From the NCBI GenBank assembly GCA_011389995.1, contig JAABTG010000009.1, forward strand, positions 13,482 through 77,481: a stretch of 64,000 nucleotides of DNA, given 5' to 3'. Position 1 is the stretch's first letter. The number at the start of each line of letters is the position of its first letter. Made by a program: the position numbers and the translations under genes. This DNA comes from Thiotrichales bacterium (GTDB lineage Bacteria; Pseudomonadota; Gammaproteobacteria; JAABTG01). The notes beneath the pieces are model-generated. The model saw only the letters and a list, made by a program, of their open reading frames with translations, did no database searches and was not told the DNA's origin. This document shows positions 9,413-20,104 of this stretch, one piece after another.

Positions 9413-9718
9413 CTAGCCTTTCATCGTATCCAGATCGGCGACATTGATGGTCTGACGGTTGCGGAACAGCACCACCAGGATCGCCAGGCCGATGGCCGAC
9501 TCCGCGGCCGCCACCGTGAGAATGAAGAACACGAACACCTGGCCCGCGTTGTCACCGAGATAATGGGAGAAGGCGATGAAGTTCATGTTCACCGACAACA
9601 GCATGAGCTCGATGGACATGAGCAGGATGATCACATTCTTGCGGTTGAGGAAGATGCCGGCCATGGACAGGCAGAACATGATGGCCCCCAGGATAAGTAC
9701 GTAGGACAGGGGGATCAC
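9413..9718 (-). CDS. nuoK: NADH-quinone oxidoreductase subunit K
   Basis: 101 aa, three TM helices; NuoK/ND4L. Confidence 0.9.
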   Translation of the reverse strand: MIPLSYVLILGAIMFCLSMAGIFLNRKNVIILLMSIELMLLSVNMNFIAFSHYLGDNAGQVFVFFILTVAAAESAIGLAILVVLFRNRQTINVADLDTMKG

Positions 9719-10335
9719 GAGCCGTCCTCCCGGCCGTTGCGGGGTTCGGAGGCCATGGAGACGATGCGGATGCGGTCCTCCCGGCGCACCGCCACCTGCA
9801 TCTCGGGCTTCTGGGTTTTCACCGTGTTGCGCCGGCGCATGGTGAGGGAGATGGCCGCCACGATGGCCACCAGCAGGATCACCGCCGCCACCTCGAAGGC
9901 AAAGAGATACTCGGTATAGAGCACCGCCCCCAAGGCCTCGGTGTTGCTGTAGTCGGCGGCCTTGGGCACGGGCTTGGGATAGTCCTCGAGCCCGAAGCGC
10001 TCGCCCCCCACCACCATGATGAGCTGGAAGGCGATGAGCACCGCCACCAGCAGGCCCACGGGCAGGTAGCGGATGAAGCCCTCCTTGAGACGTGCCGTAT
10101 TGACGTCCAGCATCATGACCACGAACAGGAACAGCACCATCACCGCCCCCACGTAGACCAGCACCAGGACGATGGCCAGGAACTCGGCCTCCATGAGCAG
10201 CCAGATGGCCGCACTGGAGAAGAAGGCGAGCACCAGGAACAGGGCGGAATGCACGGCGTTGCGCACGGTGATCACCATGACCCCGGCGAATACCATGATC
10301 GCCGCGAAGACGAAGAAGATGACTAGCTGACTCAT
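9715..10335 (-). CDS. nuoJ: NADH-quinone oxidoreductase subunit J
   Basis: 206 aa; NuoJ/ND6 family. Its stop overlaps the nuoK start. Confidence 0.85.
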   Translation of the reverse strand: MSQLVIFFVFAAIMVFAGVMVITVRNAVHSALFLVLAFFSSAAIWLLMEAEFLAIVLVLVYVGAVMVLFLFVVMMLDVNTARLKEGFIRYLPVGLLVAVLIAFQLIMVVGGERFGLEDYPKPVPKAADYSNTEALGAVLYTEYLFAFEVAAVILLVAIVAAISLTMRRRNTVKTQKPEMQVAVRREDRIRIVSMASEPRNGREDGS

Positions 10336-10420
10336 GTTAACCAGGGCGACGCCGCGGCGTCGCCTTTATTCCCCCCGCCCTGTTGTCGTTTGCGGAACGC
10401 CCTCGCGGCATCCCGCGCAT

Positions 10421-10909
10421 TTAGCGATACCGTGCGTCCTCCGCACGGTCTGCAGCGATCTGGGCCTCCCATTTGTCGCCCACCGCCAGCAGTTTCTCCT
10501 TTGTCATGTAGAGGTCCCCGCGCTTCTCGCCGTGATACTCGTGGATGCGGGTCTCGACGATGGAGTCCACAGGACAGGACTCCTCGCAGAAACCGCAGAA
10601 GATGCACTTGACCAGGTCGATGTCGTAGCGCGTGGTACGCCGGCTGCCATCCTCCCGCACCTCGGAATCGATGGTGATGGCCAGGGCCGGGCACACCGCC
10701 TCGCACAGCTTGCAAGCGATGCACCGCTCCTCGCCGTTGGGGTAACGGCGCAGGGCGTGAAGGCCGCGAAAGCGCGGCGACATGGGGGTCTTCTCTTCCG
10801 GGTACTGCACCGTCACCTTGCGCTTGAACAGGTAGCGTCCGGTGAGGCGCATGCCCACCAGCAGTTCCCACAGCATGAAGCTCTTGAAGAAGTGGCGGAA
10901 TCCGTTCAT
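10421..10909 (-). CDS. nuoI: NADH-quinone oxidoreductase subunit I (2x[4Fe-4S] ferredoxin-type)
   Basis: 162 aa starting [11 protein letters not shown]. Two CxxCxxCxxxCP motifs are present ([24 protein letters not shown]). The track ORF is N-terminally over-extended to 11239. Confidence 0.9.
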   Translation of the reverse strand: MNGFRHFFKSFMLWELLVGMRLTGRYLFKRKVTVQYPEEKTPMSPRFRGLHALRRYPNGEERCIACKLCEAVCPALAITIDSEVREDGSRRTTRYDIDLVKCIFCGFCEESCPVDSIVETRIHEYHGEKRGDLYMTKEKLLAVGDKWEAQIAADRAEDARYR

Positions 10910-12060
10910 GGCATGATCACCCCGCTCGGTTTCACCGCCCCCCGGAAAACCACCAGCAGCAGGGTCAACGCCACGGCCAGCAGGCCGAAGCCCGTGAGCC
11001 AGTCCCACAGGGGCGGATACATCACCGCCACGCCCACCACCACCAGCCACACCAGGGTGACGGGTATGAAGACCTTCCAGCCCAGACGCATGATCTGGTC
11101 GTAGCGGTAACGGGGAAAGGTGGCCCGGAACCACAGATAGAGAAACACGAACAGGGCGATCTTCAGCAGCAGCCAATGTATGCCGTTGCCCAGCAGGGGC
11201 AGGGAGGCCAGGGCGGTCCCCTCGAAGGGCGACAGCCACCCCCCCAGGAAGAGGATGGCCGCCAGCGCCGCAATGAGGATCATGTTGGCGTACTCCGCCA
11301 GGAAGAAGACGGCGAAGGCCATGCCCGAGTAGTCCACGTGGAAGCCGGCGACGATCTCCGATTCCCCTTCCGCCACGTCGAAGGGCGCGCGGTTGGTCTC
11401 CGCCACCCCGGAGATGAAATAGACCAGAAACATGGGCAGCAGCGGGGCCCAGAACCAGCCGAGGACACCGCCTTCCTGGGCCAGCACGATGTCACGGATA
11501 TTGAGACTGCCGGCGGCCATCAGCACCACCACCAGGGCGAAACCCATGGCGATCTCGTAGGACACGATCTGGGCGGCGGAGCGCATGGCGCCGAGGAAGG
11601 CGTACTTGGAGTTGGAGGCCCACCCCGCCACGATGACGCCGTAGACCCCGATGGAGGTCATGGCCAGGATGTAGAGCAGGCCGGCGTTGATGTCGGCGAT
11701 GACGAACTCGGCGTTCAGGGGCAGCACCGCCCAGGCCGCCAGGGCCGGGCCGAGGGACAGCATGGGGGCGATGAGGAACAGCACCCGGTTGGCCCCGCTG
11801 GGCAGCACGATCTCCTTGAACAGGAGCTTGACGGCGTCGGCGATGGGCTGGCCGAGACCCCACAGGCTGTGGCCGAAGAAGCCCACCCGGTTCGGTCCGA
11901 TGCGGACCTGGATGCGACCGATGATCTTGCGTTCCGCCAGGGTGACGTAGGCCACCGCCAGCATCAGGGGCCCCACCACCATCATGATCTTGGTGCTGGC
12001 GGCGAGCACGGCGCGCAGGCCCTCGGGCAATGCCATCCACATGTCGGTAAAGAATTCCAT
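10906..12060 (-). CDS. nuoH: NADH-quinone oxidoreductase subunit H
   Basis: NuoH/ND1 membrane subunit. The track ORF starts at a TTG (12066); an ATG at 12058-12060 ([15 protein letters not shown]) is the likelier start. Confidence 0.85.
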   Translation of the reverse strand: MEFFTDMWMALPEGLRAVLAASTKIMMVVGPLMLAVAYVTLAERKIIGRIQVRIGPNRVGFFGHSLWGLGQPIADAVKLLFKEIVLPSGANRVLFLIAPMLSLGPALAAWAVLPLNAEFVIADINAGLLYILAMTSIGVYGVIVAGWASNSKYAFLGAMRSAAQIVSYEIAMGFALVVVLMAAGSLNIRDIVLAQEGGVLGWFWAPLLPMFLVYFISGVAETNRAPFDVAEGESEIVAGFHVDYSGMAFAVFFLAEYANMILIAALAAILFLGGWLSPFEGTALASLPLLGNGIHWLLLKIALFVFLYLWFRATFPRYRYDQIMRLGWKVFIPVTLVWLVVVGVAVMYPPLWDWLTGFGLLAVALTLLLVVFRGAVKPSGVIMP

Positions 12061-12066
12061 CGCCAA

Positions 12067-14448
12067 TCAGCCCCTGTCCAGGCTCACCTCGCCATAGGCC
12101 GGACCGGCGAGGCCGGCGGCCGTGGAACCCATGTAGATCAGCACCCCGCCCTCGGCGAGCCGCTCATCGAGGCGTGCGGTGACGGTCACGGCGCCGGCGG
12201 AGCCGGCCATCGTCAGATGGGCGGCATCCCCGTCGCCCAGGCCCAGACGCTCGGCGTCCGCCGGATGCATGTAGACCGCCTTCCCCGCCTTGCGTCCGTC
12301 CAGGGTGTCCTGCAACGAACCGGCACGGCGCACCACCGCGTCCGTGCCATAGATGGCGGGCTCCGGGATGCGGCCCAGCTGCCCCGCCCCTTCTTCCCCG
12401 TCACCCGGTTCCCCCAGGGCGTCGATACCGCGCACCGCCTGGTCATCCACCCCCTTGCGCACCTCGTCGTGGACCTGGCCGCAATTGGTGTAGTCGAAGC
12501 CCTCCAGACCCAGCCGGTTGGCCAGCACCCGCAGCACCTTCCAGGCCGGGCGGGCCTCCCCCACCGGGCGGGCGGCGCCTTCGAAGCGTTGCCACAGGCC
12601 GGCGGCGTTGACGTGGGTGCCCGCGGTCTCGGCAAACACGCCGATGGGCAGCAGCACGTCGGCCTGGGCCTCCAGCTCGGGGGTGCGGTAGGCGCTCAGG
12701 CAGACGGTGAACTCCGCCTCCTGCAGCCGCCGCGCCGCGAGACCTCCGTCCCAGCAGTCGGCCGCCGCTTCCACGCCCACGGTGACGAAGCCCTTGAGGC
12801 CCCTTGCCAACATGGCCGCGGCGTCCAGGCCGGCCACGCCGGCCGCCGCACCCCCCGCCTCCCGCAGGGGCAGGGCCCCCGCCAGATGGCCCCCCACGCT
12901 GTTGGCGGCGGGTAGGTAGCCGCGCACGCCGCCGGTGGCCCGGGCGATGTAACCGGCCAGGGCGCGCAGGGTGGTGAAACGGGGATGGGCCAGGGCCATG
13001 GCACCGAGCAGGATCAGTGGCCGCTCCGCCGCGTTCAGCCCTGCGGCCACGGCGCGATGGTCATCGGTCATCTCGGCCGCGGCGATGAGGTCACCGAGGA
13101 CCCCGTCGGGCAGATCCCTGTCCAGGGCCCGGGCCACGCCGGCCAGGGTGGCAGTCCAGCGAGCGGTGTTGATGCCTGGATTGAAGGCGGTGTCGTAGTT
13201 GAAATCGTAGCGTGCGGGGTTCAGGAACATGGCCCGCGCGCCCCCCTGCACCGCCTTGCGCAGGCGGTGATTGAGGATGGGCACCTCCTTGCGCAGGTGG
13301 GAACCCACCACCAGGAAGGCATCCCGGCCCTCGAACTCTTCAAAGCTCAGGTTGAGCCCCGGAAACAGCGGGTCGTTGCCGGCGTCACCGAAGTCCACCT
13401 GGCGCAAACGATGATCGATGTTGCCCGAGCCCAGTCCGCGCAGCAGACGCTGGGTGAGGTAATGCTCCTCCAGGGTGGCGGCGGGAGATACCAGGGCCCC
13501 CAGTTCGGCGGGCCCGTGGGCCTCCACCACGGCCCGCAGACCGTCGGCCGCCGCCTCCAGGGCCACGTCCCAGTCCGCCTCCTGCCATTTGCCCTTGACC
13601 TTCACGACGGGCCGCTCGAGGCGGTCCTCGGCATAGATCCCCTGGTAGCTGTAGCGGTCGCGGTCCGACAACCAGGTCTCGTTGACCGCCTCGTTGTCCC
13701 GCGGCACCACCCGCATCACGCGACCTTCCCGGGTGTGGAGAAACAGGTTGGAGCCCACGCAGTCGTGGGGCGCGACACTCGCGCGCTGCATCAGCTCCCA
13801 GGCCCGGGCCTTGAAGCGGAAGGGCTTGTTGGTGAGGGCGCCCACCGGGCAGAGGTCGATGACGTTGCCCGACAACTCCGAGTCCATGTTGCGCTCGATG
13901 AAGGTGCCGATGCGCATGTCCTCGCCCCGACCGGTGGCCCCGAGTTCCCGGATCCCCCCGATCTCCTCGCCGAAGCGCACGCAGCGGGTGCAATGGATGC
14001 AGCGGGTCATGTCGGTGGCGATGAGGGGCCCGAGATCCTTGTCGGGCACCACCCGCTTGCGCTCGGAGAAGCGCGACACGTCGCCGCCGTACCCCATGGC
14101 CACGTCCTGCAGCTCGCACTCGCCACCCTGGTCGCAGATGGGGCAGTCCAGGGGATGATTGATGAGCAGGAATTCCATCACCGACTTCTGGGACCGCAGC
14201 GCCTCCTCGGAGCGGGTATAAACGGTCATGCCGTCGTTGACGGGCGTGGCACACGCGGGCAGGGGCTTGGGTGCCTTCTCCACCTCCACCAGGCACATGC
14301 GGCAGTTGGCCGCCACCGACAGCTTCTTGTGGTAACAGAAGCGCGGAATGTGGATGCCCGCCTCGTCCGCCACCTGGATGAGCATGGTGCCGCGGGGGGC
14401 CTTGAGCTCCCGGCCGTCGATATGGATGGTGACGAGGTCTTCGGACAT
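12067..14448 (-). CDS. nuoG: NADH-quinone oxidoreductase subunit G (75-kDa Fe-S subunit)
   Basis: 793 aa. N-terminal 2Fe-2S and 4Fe-4S Cys motifs are present (CYHKKLSVAANCRMCLVEV, CPICDQGGECELQ). MopB-like C-terminal domain. Confidence 0.9.
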   Translation of the reverse strand: MSEDLVTIHIDGRELKAPRGTMLIQVADEAGIHIPRFCYHKKLSVAANCRMCLVEVEKAPKPLPACATPVNDGMTVYTRSEEALRSQKSVMEFLLINHPLDCPICDQGGECELQDVAMGYGGDVSRFSERKRVVPDKDLGPLIATDMTRCIHCTRCVRFGEEIGGIRELGATGRGEDMRIGTFIERNMDSELSGNVIDLCPVGALTNKPFRFKARAWELMQRASVAPHDCVGSNLFLHTREGRVMRVVPRDNEAVNETWLSDRDRYSYQGIYAEDRLERPVVKVKGKWQEADWDVALEAAADGLRAVVEAHGPAELGALVSPAATLEEHYLTQRLLRGLGSGNIDHRLRQVDFGDAGNDPLFPGLNLSFEEFEGRDAFLVVGSHLRKEVPILNHRLRKAVQGGARAMFLNPARYDFNYDTAFNPGINTARWTATLAGVARALDRDLPDGVLGDLIAAAEMTDDHRAVAAGLNAAERPLILLGAMALAHPRFTTLRALAGYIARATGGVRGYLPAANSVGGHLAGALPLREAGGAAAGVAGLDAAAMLARGLKGFVTVGVEAAADCWDGGLAARRLQEAEFTVCLSAYRTPELEAQADVLLPIGVFAETAGTHVNAAGLWQRFEGAARPVGEARPAWKVLRVLANRLGLEGFDYTNCGQVHDEVRKGVDDQAVRGIDALGEPGDGEEGAGQLGRIPEPAIYGTDAVVRRAGSLQDTLDGRKAGKAVYMHPADAERLGLGDGDAAHLTMAGSAGAVTVTARLDERLAEGGVLIYMGSTAAGLAGPAYGEVSLDRG

Positions 14449-14460
14449 TTTCAGGAGCGA

Positions 14461-14490
14461 GGGAATAGGGAATAGGGAATAGGGAATAGC
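14461..14490. repeat. Heptanucleotide tandem array (GGGAATA)x4 in the nuoG-nuoF spacer
   Basis: Direct read: gggaatagggaatagggaatagggaatagc. Same unit as the arrays flanking the four-helix-bundle gene. Confidence 0.85.
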
Positions 14491-14533
14491 AAGCTACCGC
14501 CCCGGGTCGGCCGCGGCGCGGTGCCCCTAACGA

Positions 14534-14563
14534 CCAATGACGAATGACCAGTGACCAATGACA
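14534..14563. repeat. Degenerate heptanucleotide tandem array (CCAATGA/CGAATGA/CCAGTGA)x4 in the nuoG-nuoF spacer
   Basis: Direct read: gaccaatgacgaatgaccagtgaccaatgac, ending at the nuoF stop codon. Confidence 0.8.
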
Positions 14564-15844
14564 TCAGGCGGCGTCCTTCACCAGGCTGCGGCCGTGTTCG
14601 ATGTAGTGTTCGAACTCGGGGCGGAAGTGCTCAAGGAAGCTGCGCACGGGCATGGCGGCGGCGTCCCCCAGGGCACAGATGGTCCGCCCCATGATGTTGT
14701 AGGCCACGTTGTCCAGCAGTTCGAGGTCCTCGGGCCGGCCCTTGCCTTCCACGATGCGCGTCAGCATGCGGTACAGCCAGCCGGTACCCTCGCGGCAGGG
14801 CGTGCACTGGCCGCAGGACTCGGAGAAATAGAAACGGGAGATGCGTCGCAGCACCTGGACCATGTCGGTGGTCTCGTCCATCACCATCACGGCACCGGAG
14901 CCCAGCATGGAGCCCGCCTTGGCGATGGAGTCGTAATCCATGTCGACCTCCATCATCACCTCGCCCGGCACCACGGGCACCGAGGAGCCGCCGGGAATGA
15001 CCGCCTTGATGGTCCGCCCCTTCCAGATCCCGCCCGCCAGCTCCAGCAGCTCCCGGAAGGGCATCCCCAGGGGGACCTCGTAGTTGCCGGGACGCTCCAC
15101 GTGGCCGGAGACGGAGAACAGCTTCTCGCCCCCGCCGTTGTCGCAGCCGAGGCCCTTGAACCACTCACCGCCGTTGCGCATGATGATGGGCACCGAGGCC
15201 AGGGATTCGGTGTTGTTGATGGTGGTGGGGCACCCGTAGAGCCCGTAGTTGGCCGGGAAAGGCGGCTTGAAGCGCGGCTGCCCCTTCTTGCCTTCCAGGG
15301 ATTCCAGCAGGGCCGTCTCCTCGCCGCAGATATAGGCCCCGGCCCCCAGGGTGTCGTAGAGGTCGAAATCCACGCCGCTGCCGAGGATGTCCCGCCCCAG
15401 GTAACCTGCCGCGTAGGCCTCGTCCAGGGCCTGCTTGAAGCGCAGATAAACCTCGTCCAGGAACTCACCCCGCATGTAGTTGTAACCCACCGTGGCACCG
15501 ATGGCGTAGCCGGCGATGGCCATGCCTTCCACCAGGGCATGGGGATTGAAGCGCAGGATGTCGCGGTCCTTGCACGTACCCGGCTCCGACTCGTCGGAAT
15601 TGCACACGATGTAGCTCTGGGCCACCTTGCCCTTGGGCATGAAGCTCCACTTGAGACCGGTGGGGAAACCCGCGCCGCCGCGTCCACGCAGGCCGGATTT
15701 CTTGACCTCCTCGATGACGTCCAGGGGAGTGATCTTGTCCCGCAGAATACGTTCCCAGGCCTCGTAGCCACCGATCCTGCGGTAGGTCTCCAGACTCCAG
15801 GGCTCATCGAAGTCGAGGGTGGTGAAACAGACTTGGTTGGCCAT
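14564..15844 (-). CDS. nuoF: NADH-quinone oxidoreductase subunit F (NADH-binding, FMN, 4Fe-4S)
   Basis: Start [16 protein letters not shown]. Contains [16 protein letters not shown] and [10 protein letters not shown] motifs. The track ORF is over-extended to 15877. Confidence 0.9.
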   Translation of the reverse strand: MANQVCFTTLDFDEPWSLETYRRIGGYEAWERILRDKITPLDVIEEVKKSGLRGRGGAGFPTGLKWSFMPKGKVAQSYIVCNSDESEPGTCKDRDILRFNPHALVEGMAIAGYAIGATVGYNYMRGEFLDEVYLRFKQALDEAYAAGYLGRDILGSGVDFDLYDTLGAGAYICGEETALLESLEGKKGQPRFKPPFPANYGLYGCPTTINNTESLASVPIIMRNGGEWFKGLGCDNGGGEKLFSVSGHVERPGNYEVPLGMPFRELLELAGGIWKGRTIKAVIPGGSSVPVVPGEVMMEVDMDYDSIAKAGSMLGSGAVMVMDETTDMVQVLRRISRFYFSESCGQCTPCREGTGWLYRMLTRIVEGKGRPEDLELLDNVAYNIMGRTICALGDAAAMPVRSFLEHFRPEFEHYIEHGRSLVKDAA

Positions 15845-15851
15845 ACTCGCG

Positions 15852-16349
15852 CTACTCCAGTCCGTCCAGGATCTCATCCACCCGGGCGGGAGTGAGGTTC
15901 TCGTAGTAAACGTGATCCACCTGCATCATGGGGGCACCGCAACAGGCCGCCAGACACTCCTCCTCGAGCTTGAGGTAGATGCGTCCGTCGGGGGTGCTCT
16001 GACCCACCGCGATGCCGAGCCTGTTCTCGATGTGGGCGAGGATATCGTCGCCACCCCGCAGCATGCAGGACACGTTGGTGCATACGGATACGCTGTGGCG
16101 GCCCACGGGCTCCAACTCGAACATGGAGTAGAAGCTCGCCACCTCGTAGACGGCGATGGCGGGCATCTCCAGATAGGCCGCCACGGCATCCATCAGGGGC
16201 GTGGTGAGGTAACCCCCGTTCTCGTGCTGCACCTCCCGCAGGGCGGCCAGCACTGCAGACTGCTTCTGGTCGTCCGGATAGCGGGCGAGCCAGCGGTCGA
16301 TCTCCTCCCGGGCATGGGCCGAAAGGACGGTGTCAGGGGTGGCCGTCAT
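15852..16349 (-). CDS. nuoE: NADH-quinone oxidoreductase subunit E (2Fe-2S)
   Basis: ~165 aa from [10 protein letters not shown]. Contains [10 protein letters not shown] ... CLAACCGAP. The track ORF is over-extended to 16709; the real start overlaps the nuoD stop. Confidence 0.85.
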   Translation of the reverse strand: MTATPDTVLSAHAREEIDRWLARYPDDQKQSAVLAALREVQHENGGYLTTPLMDAVAAYLEMPAIAVYEVASFYSMFELEPVGRHSVSVCTNVSCMLRGGDDILAHIENRLGIAVGQSTPDGRIYLKLEEECLAACCGAPMMQVDHVYYENLTPARVDEILDGLE

Positions 16350-17602
16350 CAGCGGTCGATCTCCCCGAATACGATGTCCTGGGTGCCGATGACCGCCACC
16401 ACGTCGGCCAGCATATGCCCCTGAACCATCTCGTTCATGGACGCCAGGTGGGCAAAGCCCGGTGCCCTCACCTTGACCCGGTAGGGCTTGTTGGCACCGT
16501 CGGAGATCATATATACGCCGAACTCGCCTTTGGGGTGTTCCAGGGCGGCATAGACCTCGCCCTCGGGCACGCAGTAGCCCTCGGTAAACAGCTTGAAATG
16601 ATGGATCAGGGACTCCATGTCCTCTTTCATCTCCTCCCGCGTCGGAGGGATGATCTTGTGGTCGTCGATGGCCACCGGGCCGGGGTTCGCCCGCAGCCAC
16701 TCTATGCACTGGCGGACGATGTGGTTCGACTGGCGCATCTCCTCCATGCGCACCAGATAGCGGTCATAACAGTCACCATTGACGCCGACGGGGATATCGA
16801 AGCGCACCCGATCGTAGACCTCGTAGGGCTGCTTCTTGCGCAGATCCCACTCCACCCCGGACCCCCGCAGCATCGGCCCCGAGAAGCCGAGTTGCATGGC
16901 CCGCTCCGGTGACACCACGCCGATGCCCACGGTGCGCTGTTTCCAGATGCGGTTATCCGTGAGCAGGGTCTCGTATTCGTCCACGCAGGCCGGGAAACGG
17001 CCGGTGAAGTCCTCGAGGAAATCCAGCAGGGAGCCCTGACGGGTCTCGTTCATGGCCGCCACCTCGACGTCGCTGTGCCACTTGGAGGCCTGATAGCGGG
17101 GCATGGCGTCCGGCAGGTCCCGGTACACGCCGCCGGGGCGGTAATAGGTGGCGTGCATGCGCGAGCCACTCACCGCCTCATAGCAGTCGATGAGGTCCTC
17201 GCGCTCACGGAAGGCGTAGAGGAACACCGTCATGGCACCGATGTCGAGGCCGTGGGCCCCCAGCCACATGAGATGGTTGAGGATGCGCGTGATCTCATCG
17301 AACATGACCCGGATGTACTGGGCCCGCAGAGGCGGCTCGATGCCCAACAGTTTCTCGATGGCCATCACATAGCCGTGCTCGTTGCACATCATGGACACGT
17401 AGTCCAGGCGGTCCATGTAGCCGATGCTCTGGTTATAGGGTTTGCTTTCCGCCAGCTTCTCGGTGCCCCGGTGGAGCAGCCCGATATGGGGATCGGCGCG
17501 TTCTATGACCTCGCCATCCATCTCCAGCACCAGCCGCAACACCCCGTGGGCCGCCGGATGCTGGGGACCGAAGTTCAGGGTCAGATTCTTGATCTCAGGC
17601 AT
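16349..17602 (-). CDS. nuoD: NADH-quinone oxidoreductase subunit D
   Basis: Start [24 protein letters not shown], the canonical NuoD N-terminus. ~417 aa. Confidence 0.9.
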   Translation of the reverse strand: MPEIKNLTLNFGPQHPAAHGVLRLVLEMDGEVIERADPHIGLLHRGTEKLAESKPYNQSIGYMDRLDYVSMMCNEHGYVMAIEKLLGIEPPLRAQYIRVMFDEITRILNHLMWLGAHGLDIGAMTVFLYAFREREDLIDCYEAVSGSRMHATYYRPGGVYRDLPDAMPRYQASKWHSDVEVAAMNETRQGSLLDFLEDFTGRFPACVDEYETLLTDNRIWKQRTVGIGVVSPERAMQLGFSGPMLRGSGVEWDLRKKQPYEVYDRVRFDIPVGVNGDCYDRYLVRMEEMRQSNHIVRQCIEWLRANPGPVAIDDHKIIPPTREEMKEDMESLIHHFKLFTEGYCVPEGEVYAALEHPKGEFGVYMISDGANKPYRVKVRAPGFAHLASMNEMVQGHMLADVVAVIGTQDIVFGEIDR

Positions 17603-18323
17603 CGCCCGCCTCCTCGGCCCTGGCGGCGGTGGTGGCCCCATCATGCCGGCTCTCACGGATGACCCGCGGCACCAGCACGCGCGGCTCGATGGTGATGGGC
17701 TGGTAGACGACCCGCTGCTTGACGGCGTCGTAGCGCATCTCGACGTGGCCCGAAGTGGGGAAATCCTTGCGCATGGGATGGCCGATGAAGCCGTAGTCCG
17801 TGAGGATCCGCCGCAGGTCCGGGTGGCCCTCGAAGAGGATGCCGAAGAGGTCGAAGGCCTCCCGCTCGAACCAGTCCGCCGAGTTCCAGATCTCCACCAG
17901 GGACTGCACCCGTGGCGGGTCCGTGTCGAGCAGTGTCTTCAACCGCAGGCGGCGATTGTGCTTCAGGGACAGCAGGTGCACGACGACGGCGAAGCGTCCC
18001 GGCGCATCTCCGGAGGGCTCCCAGCTGGTGTGCTCGAAGCCCCGGGAGAAGCCCGCCTCGGTGGCGGTCTCACTCGTCTCCCACTCGGCCTTACCATAGG
18101 CCAGGTAATCGACACCGCACAGGTCCATGAGCTGCTCGAAGGCGAAGTCCGGCTCGTCCCGCAGCACCTGGGCCACCTCGAACCAGTGATCCGCGCCCAC
18201 CATCAGGGTGAGCTGGCCGGCCGCGTCTGTCTCCACCCGGGGTGAAAACCCGGCGAAGCGCTCTTCGAGGCGCATGGCGTAGGTGGGAGCGCTGTCACTC
18301 ATGGGTTTGAAGTCCTGTGCCAC
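17595..18323 (-). CDS. nuoC: NADH-quinone oxidoreductase subunit C
   Basis: NuoC (30-kDa subunit) family. The start may be an internal Met (~18302). Separate nuoC and nuoD genes, not fused. Confidence 0.85.
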   Translation of the reverse strand: MAQDFKPMSDSAPTYAMRLEERFAGFSPRVETDAAGQLTLMVGADHWFEVAQVLRDEPDFAFEQLMDLCGVDYLAYGKAEWETSETATEAGFSRGFEHTSWEPSGDAPGRFAVVVHLLSLKHNRRLRLKTLLDTDPPRVQSLVEIWNSADWFEREAFDLFGILFEGHPDLRRILTDYGFIGHPMRKDFPTSGHVEMRYDAVKQRVVYQPITIEPRVLVPRVIRESRHDGATTAARAEEAGDA

Positions 18324-18422
18324 TCATAAGTTGTTGGTCACTCGTTGGTGTCTCACCGGGGCGGTCCCCGTGGAGACACCTTACCCTCTTCGAGCCGGGG
18401 AGCACCCTCATGCCCGGCGGCC

Positions 18423-18587
18423 CTAGTGTCCTGTCCCGCAAGAATCATTCGATTCTCGCTTGTTCGCAGCCCGCCATGCGGCGTTATTCGTCGTCGCCAT
18501 AGCGGTGCTATGCCTCCTCCTCTTGCCTTGCCTGGCGCACTGCGCCCGGCGCGATTTCTCGAACATTCTTACGGGACAGGACACTAG
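18423..18587. mobile_element. MITE-like element: 23-bp terminal inverted repeats (1 mismatch) enclosing ~119 bp, inserted in the nuoC-nuoB spacer
   Basis: Left arm ctagtgtcctgtcccgcaagaat (18423-18445); right arm attcttacgggacaggacactag (18565-18587), which is its reverse complement at 22 of 23 positions. The terminal CTAG of the right arm supplies the nuoB TAG stop codon. The nuoB-nuoC spacer is 260 bp where these genes are normally near-contiguous. Confidence 0.6.
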
Positions 18588-19060
18588 CGGGCTATGGTGT
18601 TGGTGCGATGGATCTTCTTCTGCAGCTGAAGGATCCCGTACAACAGGGCCTCCGCGGTGGGCGGGCAGCCCGGCACATAGATGTCCACCGGCACGATACG
18701 GTCGCAGCCGCGAACCACGGAGTAAGAGTAGTGGTAGTAACCGCCGCCGTTGGCACACGACCCCATGGAGATCACCCAGCGGGGCTCCGCCATCTGGTCA
18801 TAGACCTTACGCAGAGCGGGTGCCATCTTGTTGACCAGGGTACCCGCCACGATCATCACATCGGACTGGCGCGGGCTGGGCCGAAACACGACCCCGAAGC
18901 GGTCGAGGTCATAGCGGGCAGCCCCCGCATGCATCATCTCCACCGCGCAACAGGCCAGACCGAAAGTCATGGGCCACAGAGAACCGGTGCGCGCCCAGTT
19001 GATGAGCTTGTCGGCAGAGGTGGTGACCACCCCTTCCTTGAGTACGCCTTCTATTCCCAC
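18584..19060 (-). CDS. nuoB: NADH-quinone oxidoreductase subunit B
   Basis: 158 aa; CCAVEMM ... [10 protein letters not shown] ... CPP motifs of NuoB/PSST. Confidence 0.9.
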   Translation of the reverse strand: MGIEGVLKEGVVTTSADKLINWARTGSLWPMTFGLACCAVEMMHAGAARYDLDRFGVVFRPSPRQSDVMIVAGTLVNKMAPALRKVYDQMAEPRWVISMGSCANGGGYYHYSYSVVRGCDRIVPVDIYVPGCPPTAEALLYGILQLQKKIHRTNTIAR

Positions 19061-19407
19061 TCAAGGGCTCCCTTCTTCCATTCGTAAATGAAGCCCACCA
19101 CGAGGATCCCGAGAAAAACCATCATGGCCAGGAATCCCTCCATGCCTATCTCGTCCAGGACCACCGCCCACGGAAAGAGAAAGGCGATCTCGAGATCGAA
19201 GATGATGAACAGGATGGCGACCAGGTAATAGCGGACGTCGAACTTCATGCGGGCATCCTCGAAGGCCTCGAAGCCGCACTCATAAGGCGACGTCTTCGCC
19301 TCGTCCGGGCGCCGCGGCCCCAGCGCGAAACCCACGGCGAGGGGGACGATGGCGAAAACAACGCCAATGACGATGAACACGAGAATCGGTAGATACTGTT
19401 CAACCAT
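19051..19407 (-). CDS. nuoA: NADH-quinone oxidoreductase subunit A
   Basis: 118 aa; the PYECGFEAF motif of NuoA/ND3. First gene of the operon. Confidence 0.9.
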   Translation of the reverse strand: MVEQYLPILVFIVIGVVFAIVPLAVGFALGPRRPDEAKTSPYECGFEAFEDARMKFDVRYYLVAILFIIFDLEIAFLFPWAVVLDEIGMEGFLAMMVFLGILVVGFIYEWKKGALEWE

Positions 19408-19543
19408 GGCGTTCTATGCGCTCACATCCTCGCGTTGTTGTACACCCGCAGGTTGCAGGTACTTCCCGTACGTCGCCGGCACAGGAACGGGCCAGCCCGA
19501 GACTTGAGCCCGGGATTTGACCCCGAGACCTAACTCTTTGTTT

Positions 19544-19627
19544 GGTGCCGATGGCCGGAGTCGAACCGGCACGGCTTGCGCCACTGCCCCCTCAAGACAG
19601 CGTGTCTACCAATTCCACCACATCGGC
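19544..19627 (-). tRNA. tRNA-Leu (anticodon GAG)
   Basis: The reverse complement reads GCCGATGTGGTGGAATTGGTAGACACGCTGTCTTGAGGGGGCAGTGGCGCAAGCCGTGCCGGTTCGACTCCGGCCATCGGCACCA. It has an acceptor stem, a D-loop (GGTAGA), anticodon loop TTGAGGG, a long variable arm and a T-loop (GTTCGACTC), plus an encoded CCA. The position after secG is the classic context. Confidence 0.85.
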
Positions 19628-19659
19628 TTGTCCCGCCCCCCTTACGGGGGCGCGGGGAA

Positions 19660-20100
19660 CTACTCGTTCCTCCCGTCGGCGGGGCCCGGAATATTCGGCA
19701 CGTCATCGGTGAAGCCCACACCGGCCCCGCTCCCGTTACCCGCGCCGGGGGCCGCCGGAACGTCACGCGCCGGCCCACCGGAGTCCGAAGGCTCTGCGGG
19801 TATCTCGCTCTCCGGCCCCAGCACTCGCTCGAGAACGCTGGAATCCCGCTCCACGCTGCTGCCGGCGAGTATCGCCAGACCGATACTGTTGAGGAAAAAC
19901 ACAATGGCCAGGGCCGCAGTCGACTTGGTGAGGAAAGACCCCGAGCCGCGCGATCCGAATACGGTTCCGGACGCACCGCTGCCGAAGGCGGCCCCCATGC
20001 CTGCCCCCGGGCCCTGTTGCAGCAGGATCAGCGTTATCAGCCCCACCGCCAGCAGCACGTGCAGGCCGGTGAGGATGGAGACGATCAGGGAGGCATCCAT
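19660..20100 (-). CDS. secG: Preprotein translocase subunit SecG
   Basis: 146 aa; two N-terminal TM helices and a Gly-rich motif (GMGAAFGSGASGTVFGSRGSG). Sits in the tpiA-secG-tRNALeu context. Confidence 0.85.
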   Translation of the reverse strand: MDASLIVSILTGLHVLLAVGLITLILLQQGPGAGMGAAFGSGASGTVFGSRGSGSFLTKSTAALAIVFFLNSIGLAILAGSSVERDSSVLERVLGPESEIPAEPSDSGGPARDVPAAPGAGNGSGAGVGFTDDVPNIPGPADGRNE

Positions 20101-20104
20101 GCAG

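Noticed and set aside
5928-14475. Long plus-strand ORFs antisense to nuo genes (5928..7430, 7276..9447, 11176..12915, 12985..14475) and similar ones antisense to carB, dnaK, FtsH and others (23173..25527, 26736..29030, 35108..37066, 38079-region, 39409..41862)
   Set aside because: Each overlaps a strongly conserved gene on the opposite strand. The sequences are low-complexity and rich in G/A/R/P/H. This is a classic spurious ORF pattern in 65% GC DNA.
10421-16352. Apparent 1-2 nt offsets between the displayed sequence and ORF-track coordinates (e.g. nuoI start, nuoH stop, nuoD/nuoE junction), which could suggest frameshifts or pseudogenes
   Set aside because: All affected genes have intact full-length translations in the ORF track. 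The offsets are most likely my own manual counting errors in homopolymer-rich lines. No frameshift is claimed, and track coordinates were used.
19408-19660. Integrated element or integrase at tRNA-Leu
   Set aside because: The tRNA sits in the conserved tpiA-secG-tRNALeu-nuoA context. There are no direct repeats of the tRNA 3' end and no phage-like genes nearby.
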